Origin: Guillardia theta CCMP2712
Lineage: Eukaryota > Protista > Cryptophyta
Reading direction: 5' to 3'
Length of the DNA stretch: 64,000 nucleotides
Assembly: GCF_000315625.1 (NCBI RefSeq)
Contig: NW_005434609.1
Location: 62,001 to 126,000, forward strand
Below, piece after piece: positions 26,101-38,800 of this stretch; positions within the stretch are counted from its first letter, which is position 1; every line of letters begins with the position of its first letter. A model generated the notes under the pieces. That model had not been told where the DNA came from. It saw only the letters and a list, made by a program, of their open reading frames with translations, and ran no database searches. The translations under genes were made by a program, and so were the position numbers.

Positions 26101-28717
26101 TCTTGCTTCTCGTCACTACTCAACTTGACTCGCCGTATGAAAAGTCAACCATCATGGGTCTGTTTCACATTTCATCACATTACACCACATCATATCACAT
26201 GACACCACATTTCATCACATCACATCACATCGTTCAGTGTTTCGTGATCACTCTTTCTTCTCCACCTCCATTCCTCTCCTTTCCACTTATCTCTTCTTCT
26301 TCGTCTCTGCCTCACATCTGAGCACTTTCGCAGGACACCTTCTGGGCCCTCTCGTCCAAGAGTGGGAAACCCTCACTAGTTTACAGGTATACTGTTGGTT
26401 ATTCCAGCAGCTTCGCACCCTCAATGACTTTCCCCGCAGGATTATTCCCAAAACTTCCTCTCGTTGTGCTTCGAGGCTGAGGCAACTACACTGACCGAAC
26501 TCGTTGGACGTGTCTCATTACCCCCTGCAGGTATCAGAACAGTGCGCAAGACCCAAATATATCGAGGAGGAGAAGAGAAGATTGAGGGTATTGCACGCCT
26601 GTCCTGTCCTGTCCTGCCCTGCCCTGCCCTGCTCTGCCCTGCCCTGCCCTGCCCTGCCCTGCCCTGCCCTGTCCTTTCATCTCATCTCGCTGCAGATTCA
26701 TGCGATACTGCACACCTTCAACCTCATCCTCAGACGATTGGTAGAGAGCGAAGGGCACTTCGCCTATCGAGCAGAGGAGGCAGCCAAGTCTGCAAACATC
26801 GAAGAGAAGGAGACTCTCCTGATGACAAGGCTCATGTCCCCTTACATCTGGCGCTTGCTCCCGAACCTCATGCTCGCCATACAAGGTCCCTCATAGTTGC
26901 TGACTGCCTGTCTTTGCCGCTCTTTTCCCTTTTCGCTCACTCCTCTCCTTCCCTCCCTCCCTCCCTCCCTCCCTCCCTCCCTCCCTCCCTCCCTCCCTCC
27001 CTCCCTCCTCTCGTTCTCAATTAATCTCCAGGCCTCCACAATTTGTGGGCACCGGAGCTGAGGAGCAAGGTGCTGAGCATGTGGAAGGGAATCTACTTCC
27101 CCCTCGAGCTCCTCGTGTCTGTCGATCCCAACTACAAGAATCGAGAGAGCCATTGCGGCACGACCGTCGTAAGCTACGTGAGAGTCTCCTAGCAGCTTCT
27201 CCTGCTCAATGACGTCATCACCTGCAGCTGTGTGGGTGGATCAGGATGCAGAGGGACTTGCTGTACGAGATTCTGATGAATATCCTCTACCTCGGCGCTG
27301 TGACTGGAATCCACGAGCACCTTGCTGGCGACGTCAGCATCTTGCAGCAAGTGAGTGTTCTTGCCTTGCTGCAAAACGTCAGCAGCCGTTGACTTTTGAT
27401 CCGATCTCAAGGCATTTCACAACTCAATCAACATAGAGAACCGACACATAAGGTCTCTGGTGAGATCCGTCCTGTTGCCCATCCTCAAGAGCTGCAATTC
27501 GAGGTACCTCGAAAGGATCTTGGTAAATCTCTTGTATCGGAGGGTTTCAACTGAAGTTTGTGAACTCACATCAGAGTCCCATCCTCCCTCCTCTACTCAA
27601 CCATTTCCTGCATCGTCTCAGCACGGCAAGTCCCGTGGTTTGACGTCAAGGGCATGAGTTGACGGCTGTTCGCAGGGTTACGAGGCAATCGTCTACGAGA
27701 AACCAGCAGAACAGTTCATGGATGATGACGTTGTGATGCGGGTCTTCGGAGAAGAGATGATTTACGTCGTTCGAGAAAACTCGCTACGGCATCTACACCG
27801 AGACATCTGCGACTTGGCGTTGACGATCTGCAACATGGCCATGCAAAGTGCGATGCTCGAGACAGGAGGAGGAGTGGAAAGCTCCAGCTCCAGCGTCCCA
27901 GCAGCAGAAGTTGTCTTGCGGATGCATGGCGCCATGGCGGTACTGCTGAACATCCTGTCGAATAGTCTGGTATGCCAACGTGGTCAGTCAGGATGTGCCG
28001 CAAAACTGATCACGAGGGAGTAGGTGTGGGAAGACAGTATGGCAGGTCTGAAAGCCATCGAAGCTCTTCAGAGGATGATGCCGAAGCTCAGCGACAATGC
28101 CAAGTGCTTCTGATCGATCCCACAGCCTCTGAGACTGCTAACGGCCTTGTCGCTTCAGGTACCGCGACTTCTACGTGAAACAGTGTCTTCAACAGGCGCT
28201 GCACTGCCTGAAGAAGTACACGTGCCGTAGAGCGCAGGAGAAAGGAGGCATCACGTTGATAGAGGGGAAAGATGACGGAAACACGTTGGGCCCGCTGCTC
28301 GCACTGATCACCGACATTTATGTCAGTTCTTCGGGGAATCCAGCAGTACATGAGGTGATCCAAACAAGCGCGTGAACATCACTGAACCCACAACCTTGCG
28401 CAGCCCTTCATGGTTGAGCTTGGGATGAATAGCGCGGATGTGATACTGTTCGATGTGTGCCGTTTCCCTATGACAGTCCTCGACAGGTTCAGGAGCTTCA
28501 CTTTCTGGTCTGTGAACAAGTGAGAAGTTTTTTTCTGTCATTTTGATTTGTGACTCACGAATGTTCAGGCGAGGAACGAGAAGCAGAAACGACTGCAGAT
28601 GCGCGGTGAGCCAGCCTCCTGTCGGTGATGCTTCTCGCCCCTGACTTCACCTCCGACGCAGCCAAACTCCTCAAGTACATCGAGCAGAATCTCCCGAAAT
28701 TCAGATCCACGAGATGA
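23159..28717 (+). CDS. Exportin-5-like karyopherin with N-terminal signal peptide and LRLRGG, multi-exon
   Basis: IBN_N/Xpo1-type motifs VRHFGLQLYEHLVTVRW, YIKGKIVQVVVKIALQEWPRSWPNLL, DDYEFLKHIAQ, SHVKSLNVLSLTLSYW; many short introns; stop at 28715-28717. Confidence 0.82.
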
Positions 28718-29689
28718 TTGTGTGTCGAGGCCGACTGTATCCTCCTCCCTTCCTCCTCACCCTCCCTTCTCTCGACTCACTCTCTCACTCCCTCATCTCC
28801 CCTCTCCTCTGCTCTTCCTCCCTCCCTCCCTCCCTCCCTCCCTCCCTCCTTCCCTCCCTTCCTCCCTCCTGCTTGTACTTGTCAATCCTTGTCAAATTCT
28901 CCTACCCCACCCACCCCTTCATTCATCACTCATATAAAACCCACCCCTCAAATGTCTTTGTGAGATAAAACTCCGAAAATACCCCTGCACTTACACCTGC
29001 ACATTCCCTACCCCACATGTTATTATTACCACCGGTACCATTATAGGTTGAAATCAAGGAAAATACGGGTTGGCTTGACAACCCCACCCCTATTTTTAAT
29101 GACCCCACCCCCACGGAAGTATAAAGTACCCACCATACCTTTCGGGATCCAGTGAATCCAACTGACCATGTAGGTCTACATAGGACGAGGATTTACTAAT
29201 TGAAGCCCTAATACAAAATGAGAAAGTATCCTACTCCTGGGGTCAAGATTTGGACTTGTGAGCTAGAAGGTGGGGGGGGGAACGGGGGGGTGAGGAACAG
29301 AATTGGACGAAAAATGGGAGCGCAAGGATCCGTGTGCTGTGGGCCACCGGAGTTGAAGGAGGAGAGGAGGAGAGGAGGAGAGGAGAGGCAAGAGGCAGGA
29401 TGGACTGATGTGCTCGAGACGAAGAGGCAAGTGGGAAGAGGAACTACTGTGAGGACTGGAGCCAGCATTCCTGTCTCGCTGGCTCCTTCGAGGAGGAGGT
29501 CAAATCTGAGGTCAGACAAGAACTTCTTCTTGATTTTCGTTTCCTTGCTTCCCTTCCTTCCTATCATCCCTTTCTCCTCCTTGTCTTTCTTCTCCTTGCT
29601 TTTCTGCTTCCCCTTGCTCCGATTCTTCTGCATGTCTACATTTGCGGCCTCTTTGCTGACATATTGCTAGATATCCGCGTTTGACTGCG

Positions 29690-30052
29690 ATGGAGGCTAC
29701 CAATGACTCGCGATTTCATGCCATTGAGGCCAGCAACAATCCTCCGTCAAGGAAAATGTCGACAGGGAGCGATACGAGTCAAATGTCAATCCAGTCTTCC
29801 AGGTCTTCGTCGTCGCTCCTCTTGACCCAGAGGAAGGCAGTCAATGACATGACTCCGGCTGAGCACGCGTTCACCATCTTGCATCAAGTCCAAGTGCAAC
29901 ATGGCATCGAGTCGTTCGCCAAGGTCCATGAGGTGACGATGCTGCTGTCGGTAGAGGTGTGAAGGTAGCTGATCGAAGCTTTCTTGCAGTCTCCGAGTGC
30001 GATTGTTGAAAACAAAGAGTATGCAAAAGTTCGATTCGAGGACAACAGATAG
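29690..30052 (+). CDS. Small hypothetical protein (~100 aa, 2 exons)
   Basis: MEATNDSR...KVHE joined by a GT-AG intron to SPSAIVENKEYAKVRFEDNR*. Confidence 0.45.
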
Positions 30053-30269
30053 GACTTGGAGGAGTGCTGCTGTTTATACTGAGCATCTCATCTCAGACTG
30101 CGGTCTGTTTGTATCTCTTGCCTGCTCCTCTTCCTCGCTGCCTCTTTCAAACATGTCAACCAGCTCTGATTCACTTAAAACTTGTTCATTATCTGCTGCT
30201 AGAGTTCCACACAAAATATACAGATGAAACAAAAACTGAAGGAACGGAAAGAATACAACATGGCTAATA

Positions 30270-33200
30270 TTACATCCGCTGTAAGCTGATCGTAGTCTTC
30301 TCGGCTACTGTCACTTCCTGCCTGTTCAGAGGGGAGAGCAGTGCAAGCTTTCGCCTCCTGTGCGTCAACCAGAACCGGACCTGCTGGAGGGTCAGCTGGG
30401 GAGGACAGGCGAGCAGCGACTCACGAAGCTCTTGATGCGAGCAAGGAGAGCAGAGTCCTGCTTGAACTTCTGCCTGTGTGCCTTCGTGTCGTCGTCTCCC
30501 TGTGTCACCTTGCGGCCAAGTCAGCTGCTGGGCAAGGCGAGGGCAAGAAAACCATGTGGGGCAGCAGCCAGCTCCGCATGATTGATCCCGGCACAAGATG
30601 TCTTGACAGGTACTCCCTCGCAGACCTTCACGCCATCAGTGGCTCCTCGCCTCCTCCCTCCTCCCTCCTCCCTTCTCTGCCTCGTCCTTTCTCGTCCTCC
30701 CTGCTCTCGCTCATGCTCACCTCGCTCCGCTCGCGTAAAGTTTGGCCTGCATGGCATGGTCGAGGCGGAAGGTTGAGATGGGAATCTCAGGGGCCTGGAC
30801 CCACAGCACTCTAGAGTCAGTCTTGTACTGTTCCTGTAGGAAACGATCAGAACATGGGAGGGAGGAAAGAGTGAATTGCCTTCTGCTGCCTCTGCAACGT
30901 GTAGAGGATAAGATCTCCCACCCTCACGCAGTAACTTTGTAGGGTACGAGGAGCAGCCTGATGATAACGAAGAGGGAAAAAGTCAGGAAGGGGGGAGAAG
31001 AAGGAAAGGGGCGCAAGAGCGCAGAAGCAGGAGGAGGAGGAGGAGGAGGAGGAGCAGCAGCAGCAGCAGCAGGCACAATTAGCATGAGAGCAAAAGTTCC
31101 TTTACCTGCTGCGGATCTCGACCAGTCGCTATCCAGAACGCGAGGGTCTTCTGGTTCTCAAGGGTTGCTGACCTGCTCCTCGTGCTGTTGTCGTCCTCGT
31201 CGAAGCACCAGACAGGGCAGTTGTCGATCACCGCTCCATCCACCAGCCTGTCTCCCTCCTTCGTCCAGACCTGCCGACATCACGTCATCGCCTCCTTCCT
31301 CCGTTTGGCTGCCTCACAGCGTCGAAGAGGAAGGGAACGCTCATGGAGCACCTCGCTGCCATGGCCACCTGAAGGGAGTCAGAGGGATGAAGTAGACGGA
31401 GGAGAGGAGATGGGAGGAGGAGATGGGAGGAGGAGATGGGAGGAGGAGATGGGAGGAGGAGATGGGAGGAGGAGATGGGAGGAGGAGATGGGAGGAGGAG
31501 ATGGGAGGAGGATATGGGAGGAGGAGATGGGAGGAGATGGGAGGAGGAGGAGGAGGAAGCCACTGCACCTGATCGTTGGGAGTCCTGCTCGCAGAAAACT
31601 CGATCAGGTCGCCACTTCGCAGGGAAGTCGCAAAAATCTTGAGGAGTATTCCCTGCGAACGAATGGCGAGGCATGAGCCCAACAACGACAACTCGACAGA
31701 TAGCGATCAGATGAAGAGGAGGAGGAGGAGGAGGAGGAAGGAGTTTGAGGAGAGGATGAACGAGAGCAGCCCGTTATCGTTGACGATGAGAAAGGCTACG
31801 ATAACAGGGGTAGGGGGAACGGTTTCCACAGCTCACAGTGTGGTCATAGAGCTGCTTGAAAGTAGCCCCGGACAAGCCCGTGTAGCGATGGATGATCTCA
31901 TCTACCTAGAGAACTAGCCGTCAGCTTACATCCCTCGGACCTCCTTACCATGGCCTACTTTCTGCGCGAGAATCTCTCCATTGACAGCGCCGAAGTCGTT
32001 GAGCAAGCTGCAGGAGGTCGAGTCAGAGACTTCGGCAGGGCCTTCGCTGCTGACCGCGAAAGCGTCGAGGGCGTCTGAAGGATCGCAGTCGCTCGTTCAG
32101 TCTCGTCTGCGATATCTTCCCAGCACATCTGAATCAGCCAAGAGGCAATAAGTTCAAACTTCCATCCTACCGGTAAAATCGAAGGACAGTGCCGTCTCCT
32201 TCACGTCCTGCACGGAACAGCCGCAGGCGATCGCTACGGCCACCACACTGCCTCCTGACACTCCAGCAACTCTCTTGACCCATCGCAAGTCACTCCCCTT
32301 CTGACGAACCACCATGTCAGTCATGCCCTTGCTCCTGCTCCTGCTTGTCCTACAAAATCACCCTCCTCCTCCTCCTCCTCCTCCTCCTCCTCCTCCTCCT
32401 CCTCCTCCTCCTCCTCCTCCTCCTCCTCCTCCTCCTCCTCCTCCTGATGCTCCTTCATAAACTCTCTACCTGATCTCCGAAGCAGTTGGCGATCACAGCA
32501 AGAGCAGGGGGGAAGGCCAAGACCTGCATACGAGTCAGGAGAGGAGAAGAAAGAGGGACGAGACGGGGGACCTTGACGCCTCCTCCGCTGAAGACGAGGT
32601 TCTCCCACTGAGGAGTTGACATGCGATGTTTGCGCGAACGCCAGAGGTGGAAGGAGGAAGAGGAGGATTCTTCCTGCTCGTTGACAGCGAAGACGTTGAC
32701 AGGAAGGAAGGAGGAAACAGGCTGGGGGATCCTTGAGACAATACAGGGAGCGCGGAAGGAGGGGACTGTTCTGCGGAGGAAGTCAAGGTAGGACCAGTCA
32801 ACCGGTCGCTGAGGCGGGTCTTCGTCCTCCTCCCTGTTGGCTCGGTCGGTGAAGGAGAGGAGAGACGGAAAAGAGCCAACGACTTTGACCAGCCGTCTGA
32901 CCATGTCCCAGTCCAGGCATGACGTCACCTGCTCCCTCCCGGCGGCCAGGTGCATCTGACTCTCCATGATGGTCACCCTCCGCTGCCTCTCCTTCTCCTC
33001 GTTCTGCCAGGTCTGGGAGGAGGTCAGCGCCTGCAGCCATTCGTCGCGCTCCTTCATGGTGTCGAAGAGCAGAAAGGACCTCCTGTCCTTCTCCATCACG
33101 ATCTCGATGCTCTTCCCAGCTCTCTTCTTGTCACAGGGAGCGATCCTGACAACCTCAAGGTCCCACTCCTCCACAGGCTTCTTCCCGCTCGTGAACTCTC

Positions 33201-34933
33201 GCTCGCTGCCGTACCCAATCAGGTTGTTGTCCACCAGCGCCAGGTACCTCGACTCCCATATCTTCATCTTCTTGATGCCCCAAGTCGCCTGCCGCATCGC
33301 GAACCCGTACTTGGTGAACGGGTTGTGCTTCAGAGAGAGCAGCCTCTCTACTCTCGGGACGCCCTGTACCAAGAACCGCTGCACGTCGACAAGCTCTGGA
33401 GTGCAGAAGTCATGGGCCATGAACGCGTACTCCTTGTACTCCACGTTCAGCCCGAAGCTCGTCAGCCTCATGCTGGCCTCCTTCCCCTCCTTGCAAGGAA
33501 CGATCGAATCCCCCAGCCCATGGCACACCAGCGTCGGCGTGCGACGGGAGGTCGGGGAGAGCGTCAGCCCTTGAATGCTGAACCCATCGCTGAGTCCTGC
33601 TAGGAACTTGGGGAACCAGGAGCTGAGGACGACCAGCCCTCCCACCTGCTGCCGGCAGGTCAAGGCCGCGAGCATGGCAACGATTCCCCCATGCCCGAAC
33701 CCAACCAGACAGATCCTCTTGGAAGGAACTCCTCCTTTGCCGCTGCCAGGCGGTCAGAGCGGAACGAGCGAGCGGACTGGGCGATGGAAGGGGAAGAGGA
33801 GGAGAGTAACTTACGAGGTCTGCTCGCGGATCAGGCGATGGACCAACGTCACGCTCCTCTGCAGACCCTCCACCTGGCATGCAGGTGAGACTCTGCTGGG
33901 TCCGTGCTGCTCCTTACCTCCCCCAGATGGTCGAACTTGAGGTCGCCTTCGAACCACCTGCCTTCCTGCGACTTTCCTCCCTTCCTCTGATCCTCCTGCG
34001 GCTGAGGAGCATGAGGGAAGATGAAGCGACACCTTGAGAGGTGAGCGCATGTCAACTTCATGTCAACGGCTTGTCAAGGCAAACTACCAAGGGACGTCCA
34101 GAGCACAGGGCAAGTCGCCGTCAACAAAATCTTGAGCTTCGTGACCCTGCACACGCGTCACGCTGATGAGAAAGGAGGACTCGGAGTCTTCTTCACCATC
34201 CCATGCAGCCAGATGATCGTTCCAGTATGCTCCTCCTGCGGATCCACCTGTTTGCTACCTCAACATGTTGAAGTGAACAATCGACCTTAGCCTCTCACCA
34301 CTGTCACTCTCAGCGTGTCATTCTCCCCCAGAGTGTCTGCCATGGGCACGTGGGAACGCGCAGGAGAGCCCTTGAACAGATCATCAGCACATCACCGCCT
34401 CTGCGGCACAAGACATGCTACTCACTTCCTGCACGTCCGACCTCGGAGACGACTGCGACCGGGAGTCTTGCTCGGGGCTTCGAAGTAGATCTCTGCCGTC
34501 GAGGGTTCAGCGATCCCTCGGAGGAAGAGGACTTGAAGGAGACTCACCGTGAGTCAGGAGGAGGAGACGGAGAAAAGCTCCTGCTGGTGTAGGGCTGGGC
34601 CGAGAAAGAGGCGTTGCTAACGTTTCCCAGGATGGCAGTGCTTGAGAGGTTGGGAGACAGGAAGGAAACATTCTCCTGGACCAGCTCGTTCGCACTCGTT
34701 AGATTCAAAGTTGTCTTCTGAGGACTGCGGAGTATCCAACTCCTCGCTCCTCCTCGCAATGCGAGCTTGCTGAACTGTGCCGAGACTCCGCCCTGATCCT
34801 GCCGCAGCCCCAGAGCACTCCAACTGCCCTCTCCAACTTCACCGAAGACGCTCCTGTCGCTTGTAGGGATGCAGCTGCCTTTCAGCTCAAGGAAGAGGAT
34901 CAGAGTCAAGGCATGATAGTGAGAAAGCCTCAT
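30270..34933 (-). CDS. Fusion protein: presequence + phospholipase/carboxylesterase (LYPLA-like) + PH domain + patatin-like phospholipase
   Basis: IIWLHG, FIFPHAP, ICLVGFGHGG, LVCHGLGDSIVP, MAHDF; PH domain (WESRYLALVD...ERDEWLQAL); patatin LVFSGGGVK, AGVSGGS, CSMSVPFLF, LVDGAVIDNCP. 3' end approximate. Confidence 0.78.
31405..31560. repeat. Intronic 13-bp tandem repeat (GGAGGAGGAGATG)n
   Basis: About 11 copies inside an intron of the patatin fusion gene. Confidence 0.9.
32362..32444. repeat. Intronic (TCC)n microsatellite
   Basis: Pure run; similar intronic SSRs at 1080-1180, 1370-1405, 2784-2840 (GAGTAT), 26601-26672 (CCCTG) and 26950-27007 (CCCT). Confidence 0.92.
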
Positions 34934-35233
34934 GTTCGATCATTCGATGCCTGCTCGATGTTGGTCAAGCATGCATGCGGGAAGGAGCGCCTGCCAGGCG
35001 AATGGTAGTCAGGTAGGGGAATGATCCGCACTGAAGAGCTGAAACATGATGGGAGGTAGAAGAGCAGGACTTAGTCAGGAGGTTTTTGTAGGAGGGACCA
35101 CGACCAAAGAACGATCCATGAGGAGGGGAGGGCAGGAGGAGCGCAAAGAACGGAAGAAAATAGGGATTAAGGTTTGAGGAGAAGATTTGAGATGGAAAAG
35201 AAGGTTGTTGGGAGAAAAGGAAACAAGCGGCTC

Positions 35234-35333
35234 NNNNNNNNNNNNNNNNNNNNNNNNNNNNNNNNNNNNNNNNNNNNNNNNNNNNNNNNNNNNNNNNNNN
35301 NNNNNNNNNNNNNNNNNNNNNNNNNNNNNNNNN
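35234..35333. other. Assembly gap (100 N)
   Basis: Run of N. Confidence 1.
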
Positions 35334-35816
35334 GAGAGAGGAGAGAGGAGAGAGCAGAGAGAAGAGGGGAGAGGAGAGAGCAGAGAGGAGAGAGGAGAGA
35401 GGAGGGGGCGGTAGGAAGGAAGATGTGCGGAGGAGGGGATGTATCTTGCCAGCCATGGCTCGGCGAGAAGGGAGATCGACAATCAAATGGGGGCTGTGGT
35501 ATCTTTGGGGTGGGGGGTGGAAATTGGCTACATAGTACCCATACTTTTCACTGTATCAATAGGGGTATTCGGTAGTAAGGAGTAATTGGCAGGGAGGGGG
35601 TACGGAGGGAATTTGAGAGATGCTCTTTTAAGAGCGAAAAACAGGAGGGGAGGAGGGGGGGGGGGGGAGGCGAGGGAGGAGAGAGACGTTGATGAGAAGG
35701 CTGATGTGAGAGCACACGATGAGGTGAGAGAAGTGGAGAGTCTGTCAAGCTCTGAGAGCAACAAGGCAAGAGCGAGGTAGAGGGAGTGTTTCGACTGCAT
35801 GCCATGCTTGCGTTAA

Positions 35817-38800
35817 CTAAGGGGGAGGAGGAGGGGGAGGGGGGGGAGAGATGGGTGGCTGTTGGTTCAACTTGGCGATCGATACTCCTCTTTCCTGAAA
35901 CAAACTCAGCGAAGAGATCAATTCAGGCTTCAGCTTCATGAGCACCTTCGTGTCCTGTTGACTCAAGGCCGGCAGCCATTCCTTGGGATCCTGTTCACAC
36001 CATGAGAAATCCCCGGCATACCATTGCAGAGAAGGCCATACCCGGATAAACAGCAGAGAACCTTCTCGAATGTTCTCTCCTACCCCAGCGGCCATGTCCA
36101 AGACCTGTCCCTCGGACGCGCGCCAAGCGAGCTTGGCGACGGAAAGAGCGTCCATGGGAGTACCCCAAGGCACTCGGATGATGGCGAGGTCGCGGGGAGG
36201 ACAAGACAGAGAGAAGACCTGATAGGATGAAGTGAGGAGAGGGGAGAGGGGAGGAGAAAGAGTGCAGATGAAGGGGAGCAGAAGAAGGATCAGGGAGGGA
36301 GGGAGGATTCGGAGCAAGGAGGAAAGCAAGGAGGAGAAGAGAAGAATAAAAGGAAGTGGGAGGAACAGAAGAAGGTCTACTGGTAGCACATACTTGAACG
36401 AGTCTCGCGGCAGCTTGCTCGATGCTCCAGCTCTTGTGGATAGGGACATGGCAGCAGGGACTGAGGCGACCTTTCCATGCCTTGCTGCCGTCACTTCCAT
36501 GGTCTCCTGCGTCCGTCTCCAGTCTCCTTACATACACGAACAACACATCAGTCGACTTGTCTTCACTCAACTTCTCCTCCTGCACCTGTTGGAAGCATCA
36601 GTGAGGAGAACAAGCTCTGACCTGTCGCTCTCTCCCCCCTCTGCACTTACATGCACGATCAGACGGTTGCTCGCTGGCAGACGTTCGAGCTTGTGCTCGT
36701 CAAGGAGTATCGAGCTGAGCGACCCACCAGTGTCCTTGTCGTCAACGTCAGCCAGCAGCAGCAGGGCGGGAGTGAGGGAGGCGGGTGGGGGAAGGGCGAG
36801 GAGGAAGGAGGGCGAGAGGCGGGGAGAGAGAAGGAGGTAGCGGGGGGGAGAGAGTAGGTGGAGCGGAGGACAAGACGTACCCTGCGCATGCACACTTGTG
36901 CCGTCGGGATGTTGAGCATGTGGGCTACCTTGTCTCTTAAGGAGGAGGTCTGAGCAGATCGAGGGAAGTCGACAAGTCCCTTGTAAGCTTGCGAGCAGTC
37001 GGAAAGAGACATCTGAAACACTTCGAAACGGATGTGGTTGCAAACGCTGGAGGTTCCGTCGACAACCCTTAGCGCTTCTCCCGCTGAGATTTCGCAATCC
37101 TGACATGTTCAGTTCAGCTCGCCACAAGTCGTAGGTTTGCGTTTGCTCACCTTAAGTTTCTTCTCTTCCTCTGCGAGAGCCTTCCCGTCTGGCAGCAAGA
37201 GGTGAAAGCTTTGCTGCGATTTCTCAATCCTCGCCGACAGTTGTTCCTTCAGCTGCTTCACTGTCCATCTTACATCTAGAGCAAAGATCTTGCAAGAAAG
37301 CATCACAACAAACAGCTCATCGCCCCGTTCTTCCTCTCACTGTTTCTTCGGTGGCTCCAACACCGTTTTCCCATTGTACTTTGACTGATGTTGTGAAGAA
37401 CATGTCTTCTACCATCTGCCAACAAGTCACAACAGACAGCAAGTCAGCCGTGCTATCACAGTGAATTACTTGTTTGTGCTGGTTGCCCTGCAGATGACTG
37501 TCGGTTTGTCCGAGGTAGATGGTAGTTCCATGTACCACGTTGATATCTCGCAACTTGCAGCGGGTCAAGACGGGCTGGCAGCAAGCTCAGGACTCACTGT
37601 CTTGTCTGCCAGCGCCGAGGGGAACGACTGCACAACATTGTCGTCGGCTACAACCAGCCATTCTTGACTCGCTGTTGGCACTCCGACGAACGCCTTTGAC
37701 AGGTCCCGTCAAAGACAGTGGGCTCGGCGGTGTAGTACAACCTCAACATCGTTGGCCAGCTGCAGGCAAGACGACTCCTTGTCTATGGAGAGAAAGACTG
37801 ATTCAGATGGCTGTTTGGTGGTTTCCTGCAACTGATGCCAGCAAACGTCAACGTGGAGGTCGGAACAATCCTTAGTGCTACCTTGCAGACCCTGATTGTC
37901 AGGCCACGGGGAGGAAGAGAGATAGGTGGAAACTCTGCGTTTGCAGGCTTCTCTTCAAGGAAAAATTCTACGTTTGCACCTCCTAGCCAGAAAGCATCTC
38001 AACACGACCTTCTCATCACGACAAGTTCTAGAAACCTTCCATCATCTCCATCAGAGCCTTGTTAGCAAGGTCGTCAGACTCGTCGAACGTCCACGGGATA
38101 TGAAGCTGGGGGACTAGAGCAGCCTCGTCCCATCGCCTCAGCCTGACAGTCTCTTGGAGACTCTCCATATTGTCAAAGATGTTTGCTGTGCAAGAGTCAA
38201 GATGGAACAAGTCGTCAGATGGAAGAAGACTAACCTGTGTCTGCAAGAACATCTCTTGCTATCGTCTGAGAACAGATTTCATCATGAGAAGTATTGCTGA
38301 CGTAATGAGTACCGTGGAGGTTGTTCTAAGTGACATTTTCTTCGACAACTGCACTTTTCGATCGATGTCTATTCCTTTCACCTTGCCCCTGACCTGTTTC
38401 TCACAATATCATCTCTATCGTCATCAGCATCCTCGTCGTCAACATCATCGTCACCACAAGCACCATCATCGTCATCATGTCCACTATCTCCATCAACAAC
38501 GTTTTTTCTTCACCGTGCAGAATACTGTGTTTTTCTTTTCTTCCTCAGCAAGTTTCGCCTCTTTCAGCTAAAGACAGGATCGTCAATCTGATTTCTTCAT
38601 AGCGAAAAACTTGAACACCTTGGAGTTCTCAAGGTCGATCCGTTCTCTCACCATCTCCGGTACTTTTACATCATTCTCATCCCTGGCATCTTCTCTGCCG
38701 TATACCAACATGTACGCCGTTGCTGCCTTCAGCCTCTTCACAGCTCCTGCAACTTCAACATCAGGGCAGGGAGAGGAAGGTTCACTGAAAAGCTCCCGTA

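Noticed and set aside
30341-30814. 157-aa plus-strand ORF
   Set aside because: Antisense to terminal exons of the patatin fusion gene, which have clear splice sites on the minus strand.
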